Source: Phoronis australis (taxonomy: Eukaryota > Animalia > Phoronida). From it: a DNA stretch of 64,000 nucleotides. Below are positions 11,642 to 24,612 of the stretch, piece by piece. The translations under genes and the position numbers were made by a program. The stretch's first letter is position 1. The number at the start of each line of letters is the position of its first letter. The notes below the pieces were generated by a model. The model was not told the origin of the DNA, did no database searches, and saw only the letters and a list, made by a program, of their open reading frames with translations. The stretch spans positions 368,724 to 432,723 of the forward strand of contig NMRA01000321.1 in NCBI GenBank assembly GCA_002633005.1, in the 5' to 3' direction.

Positions 11642-13880
11642 AGTGTTCATGAAGTGTGGTGTTGACGAAGCTAAGAACTCGCCTTCTGTCGCAAAGTATA
11701 ACTTTTCTCTTAAAACTCTCATCGTTAGCAGAATTGGTGTAAGATTCTTTCTTGGCAAGAAAGAAGTGATTTTTTTTGGCTTGGAAAGAACGTCTATAGT
11801 TTGTTACTGCTTGAGACCAGGCTTAACACATTTACATGTCACGGCGTGTCACTTTTATCACCAATCATTGTCTCTGGAATTCAGGAATGGCCACCAAAAT
11901 TTTGTTCTCACCTGGGTAAAAAACAAGTTGAGACCAAATTTATAACGGTAACACGGTGGCCGGTCTAAATTTAAAGTAGTTGTTCCGGCACTCGCGTTTG
12001 CAGCCGCTTTAAATGACACGCGGTTTTAGGGCCGAAAAAAGTTTTGGCTTATTGTAGGATAAGAATAGGATGGACTTTCTTAACTTAATCATATTTGACA
12101 GGAGCTATAAAACAAAGCAAATTTATTACGTGTTATTTTTATTGCATAGGAAATCGATGATCTCAGACCGAGGCTTCCAGGAAGGCGGTAGAATGAACTA
12201 AAGACGGGGTGTGACATTGCCGCTACAGGCTGCCTTTCAGCTTGTTTAGTTGGTTAAAAGAGAAAGTGGATTTAGGCGTTTCCCTATCATAAAATCGGTC
12301 TCATAATTTCCTTACAGTGATAGGATTATGTTCCCAGACATCATTGCCAACCATCAAATTGCCTCACAGAGTTCGAACCCATGATTGGGATTGGCCGACG
12401 TTAGGGGCCACCAAATTCTAAACGGCACGTGTACGAAACGCTTCTAACCTGAGTTGGCAACAGAAATAAATCCTATCACGGTAACAAAATTATGAGACCG
12501 CTTTTGACCAAGCTTTCAGTGAACATGTACATGTACGCTTAGGCTCACAGGGAAAATTGTCGCATTGCATTCACAGTTGTCTACATTATCATAGCGTAGG
12601 ACTGTGACCGTTGAGGTCCTAGATTCAGGAGTCGAGCTAATCTCAAGATTACAACATTGTCGCCGATTCTCTGTATANTTTTTTTAGTCCACTGATAGAA
12701 TTTCTGTACAGAGTGTCTATATCCTCGGTCCCCTCAGCTTTCGGGCCGCCTGTATGCATGTCCAATCGAGCTTTTGATTAATTTCCCGAGGATGTTGCCC
12801 CCCCCCCCTTATGGTATCCTACATGTACATGTAGATCCGCCACTGAGTGTTCATGAAGTGTGGTGTTGACGAAGCTAAGAACTCGCCTTCTGTCGCAAAG
12901 TATAACTTTTCTCTTAAAACTCTCATCGTTTGCAGAATTGGTGTAAGATTCTTTCTTGGCAAGAAAGAAGTGATTTTTTTGGCTTGGAAAGAACGTCTAT
13001 AGTTTGTTACTGCTTGAGACCAGGCTTAACACATTTACATGTCACGGCGTGTCACTTTTATCACCAATCATTGTCTCTGGAATTCAGGAATGGCCACTAA
13101 AATTTTGTTCTCACCTGGGTAAAAAACAAGTTGAGACCAAATTTATAACGGTAACACGGTGGCCGGTCTAAATTTAAAGTAGTTGTTCCGGCACTCGCGT
13201 TTGCAGCCGCTTTAAATGACACGCGGTTTTAAGGCCGAAAAAAGTTTTGGCTTATTGTAGGATAAGAATAGGATGGACTTTCTTAACTTAATCATATTTG
13301 ACAGGAGCTATAAAACAAAGCAAATTTATTACGTGTTATTTTTATTGCATAGGAAATCGATGATCTCAGACTGAGGCTTCCAGGAAGGCGGTAGAATGAA
13401 CTAAAGACGGGGTGTGACATTGCCGCTATAGGCTGCCTTTCAGCTTGTTTAGTTGGTTAAAAGAGAAAGTGGATTTAGGCGTTTTCCTATCATAAAATCG
13501 GTCTCATAATTTCCTTACAGTGATAGGATTATGTTCCCAGACATCATTGCCAACCATCAAATTGCCTCACAGAGTTCGAACCCATGATTGGGATTGGCCG
13601 ACGTTAGGGGCCGCCAAATTCTAAACGGCACGTGTACGAAACGCTTCTAACCTGAGTTGGCAACAGAAATAAATCCTATCACGGTAACAAAATTATGAGA
13701 CCGCTTTTGACCAAGCTTTCAGTGAACATGTTCATGTACGCTTAGGCTCACAGGGAAAATTGTCGCATTGCATTCACAGTTGTCTACATTATCATAGCGT
13801 AGGACTGTGACCGTTGAGGTCCTAGATTCGGGAGTCGAGCTAATCTCAAGATTACATCATTGTCGCCGATTCTCTGTATA
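11479..13880. repeat. About 1.2-kb near-identical tandem duplication around N at 12678 (probable assembly artefact)
   Basis: 11479-12677 matches 12679-13880 with scattered SNPs/indels, and the junction is exactly the single N. Confidence 0.9.
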
Positions 13881-14009
13881 ACATGTGTCATTGACATTAT
13901 TGCGAACTCAGAAATTTTCACCATTTTTTCGACTCCGTGTACATTTGTATGCGCGCGGTGTGAGTGCCAAAGACTACGCATCTCCTCATCACGGTATTCA
14001 AAATCTTAC

Positions 14010-14096
14010 CCAACAAAATGAACCTTTACACGTGTCTGTGTTGTTCTGTCCTTCTAAAGGAATACAGTCCTTGTTGTTGCACTTGTAACAAGTAAT
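14010..14096 (-). CDS. Ly6/uPAR protein, exon 3 (LU N-half)
   Basis: tcttcCAG acceptor, TGG|GTAAGA donor, phase 0/0. Encodes ITCYKCNNKDCIPLEGQNNTDTCKGSFCW. Confidence 0.88.
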
Positions 14097-15361
14097 CTGG
14101 AAGAAAGACAGAGCGAGATGGTGCGTGAGTGCGGCACACTGAGTAATAATAACAACTCGTGTGGCGTACACAGGGACCATGGATATGTTCAAGTCTACAT
14201 AACATGTACAGTAAAAGCGAAAACAATTGTGCCTGGCAACTAGACATTGGCTTACTCTTAGATCAGTTTCCTACGACCAGCTTTACTACCCATCTCATAA
14301 CAAATGCTTGGTGACTTGTATTATTACGCACTGAAGTATAAGACTCGTCAATAGATGTCATTTTAGGAACATTGTAAATTACAAAACAGGTCTAGCTTGG
14401 CGGCGCTGAGCGAGATCGAGTTTCAGCAGCTGTCACGAGGCTACCTAGGAGACTATCACGAGGCAATAATCATCTCGAGAGCGAGGCGGCTCACCCTCGC
14501 TGGTTCCCTGCGTGCCGCTAGGTGGGAGGGTAGCCGTAGTGGCTAGGCACGTAGGGCCCGGGGNGGGGGGGGGGGGTCACCATGGGCTCACAAACACCTG
14601 TAAATAATGCAAACCAGCGTTTCATCTTACTTATACCCGGTCAGTTTATCTCCACATTTAACCAGATGCGGTATGACATTATTTTAGATATTGCAAAATA
14701 CCGTTTCTGCTTTTCATAACTTCTACTGCTTAATTATTAGAGTGTATTAGTAAAGTTTCCTTATGCCGAACTCTTATATTTTTGAGTGGTCTCACGAAAT
14801 GTAGAATTTCTTTGGTATCATGCTAGGTAAGCCGATTTTGCCATTTACAAGGCGGTCTGACTATCTAGCTGGTGAACGGATGTCTAAATAGGGAAACAAA
14901 GTACTTTATTTAATGAGCGATTAAAACGACCATTAGAATTGTTTTATAAAAGCATATTTTGCATATTCAGCAACAATTAACTGTCTTTCGCATCTTAATC
15001 AAAGAATTCGTCCAATTCACTTCCAACTATCCGGAGTTAGCCTGAGTGACTACACAAACCCTGCGCAGGGTAGACTACAGTTCCTAGTAGGGCTTGTATG
15101 GATCTGATCTATTCTGGCTTATTGTAGGTCGTAAAATGACGTCGAATGACTTATCATCGAAGTCTCAGTGACCCTCCTAACCATAGCTATAGAGATAAAA
15201 CAGTTTTTCCACCCAATTATAGCGCCGGATAGCGGCAACGCCTTTATAACCTCAGCTCTAGCCCGCGTTTACTGCGCTGGTTTTAGGTAGTAGTAAATGC
15301 GCAGCATTGGTGCAAATCTTATCCTACAGTCTATACACTAATTTTTTCGTATACTGTTTAT

Positions 15362-16965
15362 TACGGTGGCCCAAAGATTACATCGTGCGTTTCTTTTTAA
15401 TTATCTCAAGATCCTGAGATAATTATCTTTCTGCTTTCAAATGCCCACCGGTCTCAATTAATAATTCGTGGTTTTCACTACGAATACTCGAGGTGGTTTG
15501 GATAAAAACACGTTGTTAACTAAATTGAATGCATGGTCAGGGGCGTCGAGAGGGGGTGGACAGGAGATTCCACTACGCTGAGGACTGTAGCAGTTAAGGG
15601 CGCCCGTCGGCAAAGAAAAATAAAACAAAAAGCGGCGTGCGCAAGAAAAAAAAAACAAAGTTCCAGAGGTTCAGGTCGGCCAGCCTCAGTTGGAAAAGAA
15701 TAACATCTCAGAAAACCCACGGGGGGGCCCTCAAAACTTGACGGGAACAGTATATGTGTGCGTGACTGTTGACAGCTTATAAAAGAAGAGACAATGTACA
15801 TGTCAGTAGATCACAACTGCGTGCAATATGGACTGCGGGCAAGTTGTACAATAAAATAAATGTTCTAAGGGTAAACTAATATTTCAGCGGCATCCTTGCC
15901 GAAGAATAGCTGAGTACCTTCCGAGCAAAACTACTATTACAGCTGGCGTTTCCTACTTATACTGTAGTCCAAGAATAAGTCCACCTTTTCAATCGTACTC
16001 CTTAAACCTCCATATTTCCGAGCCATGACATTGTGATGGGCATACCATTTTATCAAATAATACAACTGTTGTACTGGAAAATTTTCAAGACGCATCATAA
16101 CAGCAAAACATCAATGACAACGCTTATATTAAGAACTTCCATCGATTTACAGTCCAGATAACATGATCCGATGAAAGGACTGAACTTAGATTTATCACGC
16201 CATAACAGATTTACAAATGTACTTGTCTGACGTTAATAGGATGATTTTAAAGATACTCTTTAAGCTTTAAACTGCCGTACTATTAGTTTTGCTGGCAGGA
16301 AAACAAAAATAGAATTATGCGTCTTACTGTTATAACATCGTTCTCGCATGATAGGCCTTGTTTTCTGTTACCGAAATCAATCCAATTTGGATAGAGATGA
16401 AGCTGTTAGAGATCTTTTCAACTTAGGGCTGTCGCTTAAAGAAACTGTAGACATGCTAAGGTGTCGTTTTGGTACCATTAGCGTAAGGCACCTTCGGCGT
16501 TTGTTGTAAAGATTGGGGTAGCACGTCGTAACAACTATTCAGACATTGATGATGTAATCGGTTTCACAGAATGACTAATATCGATGCCAGGACAGCACTA
16601 TGGTTTTAGATTCATGCACCACAAATGGGTCACTAATGGCTTCAGTGGTGGTGAAACAAAAAACTGTGCGAATCATTCTTTCTGATGTCAGTCCAGATGG
16701 TGTGGCAATGCGACGCGCCAGAAGGTTGTTAACGTACAGCGACACACTGAGGAAAATATTCTCGGGATCTCGAGATCCTGACATAATTAATTCGGGATCT
16801 CGTGATCCAGAGATAATATGTCGCAATCTCGAGATCCCGGCATAATTAAGTCGGGATCGAGATAATTAAATCGGGATCTTCAGATCGCGAGACAATTAAA
16901 TCGGGATCTCAAGATTCTGAGATAATTAAAAAAGAAACGCGCGATGTTATCTTTGGGCCACCGTA
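15362..16965 (+). mobile_element. IS3EU DNA transposon, deleted derivative
   Basis: TIRs TACGGTGGCCCAAAGAT / ATCTTTGGGCCACCGTA, perfect 6-bp TSD GTTTAT, and subterminal GGGATCTCGAGAT..GATAATT repeats. Decayed transposase N-terminus at about 16390-16740 (ISVRHLRRLL..LG.RR; YGFRFMH; TVRIILSDVSPDGVAMRRARRL). Confidence 0.85.
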
Positions 16966-17132
16966 GTTTATACATGTAGCTTANAACTCACGTGTCTTTC
17001 CAAATTAGGATGACAATACAGTCAGGAACCTGGAGTATGGAAAGCCAAAGCGGAAAAAAATTCCAGGCCACGTTTTCTATTCAAGCCTTCATTAAAAACA
17101 GGTCAGAACATTATTTTTACTCTGCAAAAAAT

Positions 17133-17794
17133 AACTCAAAACCAGAATTTTCACTTCCTCAAAAATTGAAAACAGCCCAAAACATTATTTTTACTATGTT
17201 AGAAAAAAAAACTCAATAACAAAATTTATTAGATCAAGACCCAAAAGTTATCACGTCAGGAATGATAAGTGGTCAAGTCAGGGCCTGTATTTTATGACTT
17301 CAGGACCGAATTTTAAACGTCAGGACCAAAATTTAACACGCCAGGTAAATTAAAATTTCACGCTTGAAAAATTTTATGCCGGCCAGAAGACCACAAGACC
17401 ATCCACAAGCACCTAACGTCGGTACCAGGTACACAAGGGAGAAACGTTCAACAATGGCTCGCCGACGACCGTCAGATTACCGTGAGAATGAGGTTTGAAT
17501 TTCAGATGTCTCTTCCACGTTTTACAACAAAAGCCAATGTAAACGTACACTTGGACAGATTTCGCCGTATTTCGAGGTGATCTTGCTTCAAGTATGACGT
17601 CCACATGTTCGTGGTCACGTGCTTGACCATGGTCACGAAGCCTCCTGGCACGAAATTTTTTCCTGGCATGAAATTTATGTCCTGTCGTGATTATTTCTGG
17701 GCGTGATAAATTTTCGGTTCTGGCGTGTCAAAAATATTGGGCCTGACGTAATAAATTATAGGTCCGGCTGGCGTGATAAATTCTGGCTTTGAGT
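17133..17794. mobile_element. Degenerate MITE with inverted ACG(T/C)CAGG subterminal repeats
   Basis: Ends ACTCAAAACCAGAATTT / AAATTCTGGCTTTGAGT. ACGTCAGG/ACGCCAGG units on the left arm and CTGGCGTGA units on the right arm. Confidence 0.55.
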
Positions 17795-18263
17795 ACAGTT
17801 TTTTGGTATTGCATGCGCGCACTCAGCCTAACATAGGGTAGCTCGAATTTCTCGATAAGGGGACCTTTTACTGAACAATTTTAACGCGGACTAAAAAAAA
17901 TGGGGCCACTAGGTTCAGGCCTACGAATTGTGCATCTGCGCCGATTTCCTGTGTCCTTTGTGGACTTTTGTGTCGTTTCCTCGGACTGAGGCGGACCTTT
18001 TTGCCCAATTCGCCAAATTGGGGGCCTTCCGAGTCCCTCTGGGTGCGCCAATGTATTGCAGGTATTTTAATTCCTGAATACAAAATTTGTGTCCTGGATT
18101 TGTTTTCGGCTTCGGCTTTCCATACTGGAAACCGGGACGAACCAACCACCAGAGTAAAGATGGTAGTTCGGTTCAAAGATCAATGGATGGGTTGCAGTAG
18201 CAGTTGACAACGCCTGAACTACAGTCCCAGCAGTAAAAGGCCAATATTGATTCATGTATTTAC

Positions 18264-18523
18264 CGGTCCTGCAGGTGGCGCGGTTGTCGATCCGGTGTTG
18301 TTGGTGTTTGTACTGGTTGGCGTGTAAACCGTTACTGACGCCGATTGTTGACCAGACGTTGCTGTGGGAGACACTGACGTCGTTGAAGATACCGGTTTCG
18401 ATGTAGTTGAAGTTGTGGCCGATGATGCAGTCGATGGAGTGGCAGTTGCCGATACAGTTACCGCGCTAGGTGAGGTTGCTGAAGACGTGGTGACTGTGTC
18501 ATTTGACGTTTGACAAAAGCTTC
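18264..18523 (-). CDS. Ly6/uPAR protein, exon 2 (Ser/Thr-rich mucin segment)
   Basis: ttttgtttTAG acceptor (phase 1) and CCG|GTAAAT donor (phase 0). About 86 aa dominated by T/S/A/P. Phases match both neighbouring exons. Confidence 0.8.
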
Positions 18524-18804
18524 CTAAAACAAAAAAGACGGATGTCAATTCAAGGCCATTCAACAAATCAAAATGTAAATACACGTAGACAGGGGAAAGT
18601 TATATCAACCCATTTGAACGTCTCTATTTCGTGAGTCTTCCTTACAAAGGATACTATTACTAAACCATCAATTTTAGTGATTTTGCCCCAAATTGCTTCC
18701 GCTACCTGTGGTTATTATTTTCCTGGGAAGGTAAGTATTGTTCATCTAAACCATGCCCTCACTGTGTGGCAAAATGGACCACTAAGTTTGAGACGCATGG
18801 TTGT

Positions 18805-18957
18805 CAGTGCTGTAGTGCTAAAATTAGAGGTAAGTAGGCCCCCAATTAAAGCCCACCATATTTTGGCACTGAACGTAACTTACGGTGCGTAGGCGCTAGG
18901 TTCATAGCCAAAAGGTTGTTGGCTGCGTCTACGTGCGCCTACGCCACTACAGCAGTG
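18805..18957. mobile_element. hAT-type MITE
   Basis: Same family as 8878-9049, in opposite orientation. Perfect 8-bp TSD ATGGTTGT. Confidence 0.85.
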
Positions 18958-19340
18958 ATGGTTGTTCCCGACTTTCAGAGTCCATCAACGTCGTCGCGGT
19001 GAGTGGTAATTACGCTTTGTGATTTGTTGTAAGGATTTGTGGAATCGATTTTGAATGTGAGGATTCATGGGAAAGGTCCATAGAGTTTTGTTGTGGCCAA
19101 AGACTTGGCCAGGAATTATCAGATCCCAAGAACAACTGATCCATTTTTTGTGTCAGGAGAAATACATTAAAACTTAAAGTATCTATAAGTGTAAAAGAAC
19201 TGGCCATCAGACACAGGCCTTCACATCTTTGACGGAAAAAGTGCCCATAGTGGAGACATGCTCTAAGCAATTTAAAGGTTATCAACTCATGCAACCATTT
19301 CCGAAGTAATTTGCGCAGAATAAATGTAAAGCCAACTTAC

Positions 19341-19389
19341 CGCAGAACAAGCACAGCAAAATCACGAAAGAAATCCTTGCTTCCAACAT
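19341..19389 (-). CDS. Ly6/uPAR protein, exon 1 (signal peptide)
   Basis: Encodes MLEARISFVILLCLFC(G), followed by a G|GTAAGT phase-1 donor. A tgCAG acceptor just upstream implies a 5'UTR intron. Confidence 0.75.
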
Positions 19390-22300
19390 ACCTGCAACGA
19401 AATGACCGAAATTGTACTAAGCACCTGTTTTGGCGAAACAAAGTAAGTTGAATCACTCTAGTATCTCGTTTCACCTTTGTGTTTAGCCGTAACTAAGTAA
19501 CGCATTGCTCTGCAAAGGTTACTCTGATTGGGAACGCATAATTAAATTCAAACATCTCGCAAGCAAATCAATTACTCGATGGTTTAAATAACTTTTATCG
19601 TCTTGCTTTTGCCGCTTTCAAAGGGCCAACAAACTCTAATTGTCCCATTCCATACGAAGATATTGATATCCACTCACTGGCTATGATGACGCTAGTACAC
19701 CAATTCAAGGACGAGACGAAACTGATCACCAAAACAACTCGCCCTCATTTATATTTGTTTGAAGCACTCGGCAAGATAACAGCGTGGCGTCCAGTCTCGC
19801 TCTTGCGCGTTTGGCTGGTGTAATTTAAGGAAACCGATGCCGTTTTCACTATCTTTTCTACAGTGTACTTTACGAGTTTTGAGGATCTGAGAAAAAGAAA
19901 AGTGTAACTGCTTGTTCCAAAACCAACGTATATTTAAATCCAACAACAAGGTTTCCGTTAAAAGCAAATCCATACAGATATTTAAATTTGATTTCGAAGA
20001 ACGGTGAAGCATGTGGGTTACCACAATACGTTTACCATAGAACGGCTTGTGAAAAGATCGAAATGAGGGTTACTTCAATACGTTTAATGTACTCTACAAC
20101 AGCAAGAAAACAGAACGAAATTATGGCGGTTACTACGAAACGTTTACTCTACAAGAGCCTGAGAAAATCACGAACGCGATAAGTTTGTAGCTTGCATCTG
20201 TCCCATTGTTAACATTAACTGACAATCGATTGGAACAGGACGAGACAAACGATGACATTACTTCGTTTCACACTGCAGCACAGGAAGTCTTAAAAAAGTC
20301 ATGTGCTGACTAGTTGTCACACTGGTCAAACGACAATGAAGCAGAAATCTACAACTGACTCGAGCAAGGATAAACCCCATTGTAGACTGAGTAACTTGTT
20401 GGTGTGTAAAGGAGTTAATTAAATGGCTTTTATGCTTTGCATTTTGTTTTTAACAAATCCACAAACTGTTGATACCAGGAGTTTAGAAGTGGTTTGAGTT
20501 GGCATTCCCTTGCGCAAGACGACACCAACAAGGTGTGGGATTCAAACTAGCAAGCAAGGAAACGGACAAATTACGAAAAGTTGATGAATAGCCAAACGAT
20601 TTGGTTTAGAACGTGTACTTGCGATATTGGTGTGATCGTCTCCTTCCTCACAAGTTCCGTGAAATACCGCACAAATGCCAAAGATAATGCTAATGCTATT
20701 TTTCTAAAGCTTTGCACAGGAAGAACGCGCTGACGTGGGATTGGTTGCTAAATACGGGTTGGTGATGTTCAATGCTTTTACAGACATTAGTCGACGATGT
20801 GCGTTTACCTGATTACCCCTCCAATCGCACGGAAGCGTCCACTTACTACTCGCAACATTTTAATTATTTCAATTCAATATATAATGCGTAAAATAAATTA
20901 CGATAATTGAATGAATCTACTTCACAGTGTGCTATTAAAGCACTAACCGCGTGGTAAGTAGTCAGGGAAACTCCCGTGTTGAAAATATTTTCCTTCACTT
21001 TGAAAAGAAGTTGACCGGACTGCCAAGACAGGTCATTGTACCATCAAATATCTCAATTCTTAAAATATCGCTGCATGTGCGAGTCTGAAGCTATAGTGCT
21101 TAGGACATATACACCATCAAATAATTATCAGACATTTCAGCAATAAAGAACTTCTGTCACCCGCTAAGTTAAGCCTTCAATTGTTTGCAACTACCACCCG
21201 TAAATTGTGAACTTTCAAATGGGCGCTACCCCCACTTTTTTCAGTGCTGCGCCGCCCATGGTCTACGGATGCAGGGGGGGTGGGGGGGGCTGCGGACCTA
21301 TAGCCCCACTTGTTCAGTGGTGCTTCGCCCATGTTTCATGATAAAGCGAAGTCTTCGAAAACAAGACACCAACAACATACAGTGCTTTTTAGAAAACAAA
21401 ATATGTTATGGACGACCTTCTTACTGACACACCTGTGACCAGATGATTCTCCTTTTATCTGACAGCTTATTGCTATAAAGTAAATTTCTAATCTAAAATT
21501 CCTCTTATCGGATATTTTCGAGAGTCTCAGTCTTCGTCTCTAGTGGTGCGATAACATGCGTTGCCCTGACGATATGTGTTTAAGATAAAATGTGACCCTA
21601 ACATTTGACGAAAGGTGACACTACGCCACGTTGTCATGGTAACCCCAGAGTGAAGATATTTAAATACATCCAGCGTGCTCTTGCCATGCGTCATATCAAT
21701 AGTAACAGCAGCCAGTCACTAGGCCGTTTGCAAACAAATGAACACGTGACCCTGTAACCTGAAGGCTGGCATGAATTTTACTACTATTTTGTTTCTTACC
21801 ATGTATCTGATATATTTTTCAAATGACTGTTTTTTTCCGCGCCCGATTCTTAAAGTAAGTATGAAGATGTAAAATGCCAGGCAGTCATTGTAATGAGTGA
21901 CTACTGACGTAGAAATGATTAAAGGTTTAACAGAGTGTTGCTTATTCAATCTTAGTATTCAGGGTGTTCTTCTACAGTGAGACAATTGGAATTCCCCGCG
22001 AGGTTGAAATTAAAATTCTTCTCAGTTCTTTGAAATAAATGGGTTAATGTAAATATACACTTCCATAGTGCAAAGCACAATTCGTATTTAAACAAACTCC
22101 ATAATTTGAAAGTTTTGAATAATTTAAATTATTTTGATTGATTGGGCCTAAATAAAATTAGTATTTCACATTTTGCGACCTACAGTAAAGTATTCGAACC
22201 CGTGAAAACATTTTACTCGCAATCTGAGAAAAATATTTTTCCAATATCAACCACACAACGATGGGTGCGACAGCTCGAGAGCCTAAGAATGAGAGTAAAC

Positions 22301-22790
22301 AAAACTATTTTCACTACGGCCTGGTACTAATCACGATCGCCATCATGTTGAACACATATTATCAACTATTAGCCTGCCACTAAAACCAGAGTGATGGTGG
22401 AATTCTGTAAGTTCCTGAGGTTATTGCATGATTCATTTTGTATTTCCCTCACGAGCTACACACCAGGGGACATAACCTCAAAAAAAGCATTCCCACATTA
22501 CCCCCTGCCAAAAATACAAATTCAAACTGAAGTTATTCAACGACCAGAAATTAAAATATTTCGCAAATGTCTTCGTATTTTGTTTGAATTAATTTTCACC
22601 GGACGCAGGGAATAGAAGCAAGCTGGATTGTGTTGACCACGATGCGCCATTCATGTTCACAGCGCGTTAAAAGCCGTTTGCTATCAAGACTATCAGGGTG
22701 TTTCATTATTTTCGCGTTAAAACATACAAATAAGTACAAATGCCCGTTTACGAGGGTACTGCCACGCACGAGCAACCGCGAGCATAGAAC

Positions 22791-22990
22791 TATCGTTGGC
22801 CAAATGAGTGAACGTTACGCACATAAACTACTTGAGTAAGTTAATTCTTCCTAGAGGCCTAAAATAATTCTTTGCGGCGTAAAGTAATCAACTTGACGCC
22901 GCAAATACTAACGTTACGCCTACTCTATAACAAGAATAAGTCGATGCACGTAATTTACGTGCGTAACGTTCACTCATTTGGCCAACGATA
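22791..22990. mobile_element. TA-flanked MITE (Tc1/mariner-like)
   Basis: Long perfect TIR TATCGTTGGCCAAATGAGTGAACGTTACGCAC and its reverse complement. Confidence 0.8.
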
Positions 22991-23408
22991 TAGAGCATGT
23001 TTAGACAGCCAAATGATTTATTGTCAGGTACTTTGCCGCAGATAAAGATCGTTTCCTTAATTAAAAAGATGGCTATACAGTGCATTGTAAATTCGGATTA
23101 TTTTACGCAGACAGGATTCGAATTTTATCAAATAAAGCTAGGAATCCTGTACTCAAACAAATAGAGCAATAAATTCGTAATGAAGTTGGTCTACCAAAGC
23201 AAACATTGTTACCAATTCCGCAGATATCAAGTTTTCCATCAAGGACATTTACTTTATCAGATGACGCTAATGCAACCGACGAATTAGCACTGCTTAGTGT
23301 TGGGGACCAACGTCGATATTTTTGATGAAGCAAGAGCTGTTCAAAATAATCAGTTTTACCTGGCATTTCGCCGTTGTTTAGCCTTTGGTCTTATCCGAGG
23401 TGCATTAG

Positions 23409-23546
23409 CAGGGAAGGATCCAGGATTTTTATTTAGTGGGGGGAGCAGGGCAGAGTATTAGCCTGGATTTTGCCGGGTCAGACATTCGCACCCCTGAACT
23501 GCCAAATGGCATCTGGGAGAGTTGGCCCCCTCTAAATCCGCCACTG
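23409..23546. mobile_element. 5-bp-TSD MITE
   Basis: CAGGGAAGGATCCAGG...TAAATCCGCCACTG with flanks ATTAG/CTTAG. Internal sequence is shared with the 28926 and 50486 copies. Confidence 0.7.
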
Positions 23547-24543
23547 CTTAGGGTTTACAAAAAACTTGCCGCGCTCATCCGATCTTGAATTGTTACCGAA
23601 TGACCCGGCAACTCACAACCCAGACACTGTGAACGCGTACATGCGCCACTCTTGATTTCGTAGTTGAGGGTTGACCAAGTACGATAAATTTTGAAGTGTT
23701 TTGATGGGTTAATGGATAAAAGGAGTAGAATCTTATCACGGTTAGGAGTAAGAGATATTAAGAGGCCTACACTTTATTAAAAGTGAAGGGCCTAATTCGG
23801 TTTTCGGATCGAGCCAGGTTGGAATACCCCTTTCAGAGCTACGTCACTGTATACAACGAGATGTTGATAAAATCAAAAGTAAGTTTTATAATAAATACAT
23901 TTGGTTATCGGTTGTGTAATGATTCAAAATTCAGAATGACCTTCACCGCGCGACATTAATTTTTAAAGGAAAATTGTCGGTTTTACGTCAGAAAAACGCA
24001 GTTTTCGGTTTATTGTTGTCTGGAAGAGACTTCTCTAAGTTACTCTATTTTTTGGCAAAAGGTGTATATCAAGAGCACTGGAAGTGGTTTTTGAGGTTTT
24101 ATTACAACTGAGTTGACAGTTCTTACCATTGTCCAGACATTTGCTGAAATTGAAACTTTTACCAATTTAATACAGTGTAGGTTTGACATACTCTTGCTTT
24201 ATCGTGGCCCATTTGGAGGAAAGTGTCGCCCGTAATTACATGTACGCTCGTAATTACACTACCACCGATATTTCGCTTGTGTTGTACTACCGTAATGGTT
24301 ATACCCATTGAGAAATTGGCTGGTAGGCCGCGAGAGCTCTGCAGAAATTCTACGCTCATAATTTTTCGCTCGTGTTATTTTGGTCGTAATTTTAGCAAGT
24401 AGTCGTTAGATAAAGTGCTACTCCGCGAGTAGAAGACCATCACCAATTAAACTCATTCGCATATTATCCCAATGTCTTGAATAAAGAATAGGTGATTTAT
24501 CACCAAAATTTAGAAATTCTACTTACTCTCAGTTCTAACCAAT

Positions 24544-24612
24544 GGTGGTGGCTCAGCAGTAGGGCTCTCGGCTGTTACTGCAGAGGCAGCCATTTCAATT
24601 CCCCGACGATGC
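24544..24612 (+). mobile_element. Degenerate tRNA-derived SINE head
   Basis: A-box-like TGGCTCAGCAG and B-box-like TTCAATTCCC at tRNA spacing. Cloverleaf not intact. Confidence 0.4.

Noticed and set aside
16760-16930. Regularly spaced repeats resembling CRISPR
   Set aside because: Subterminal repeats of the IS3EU element, with no unique spacers.
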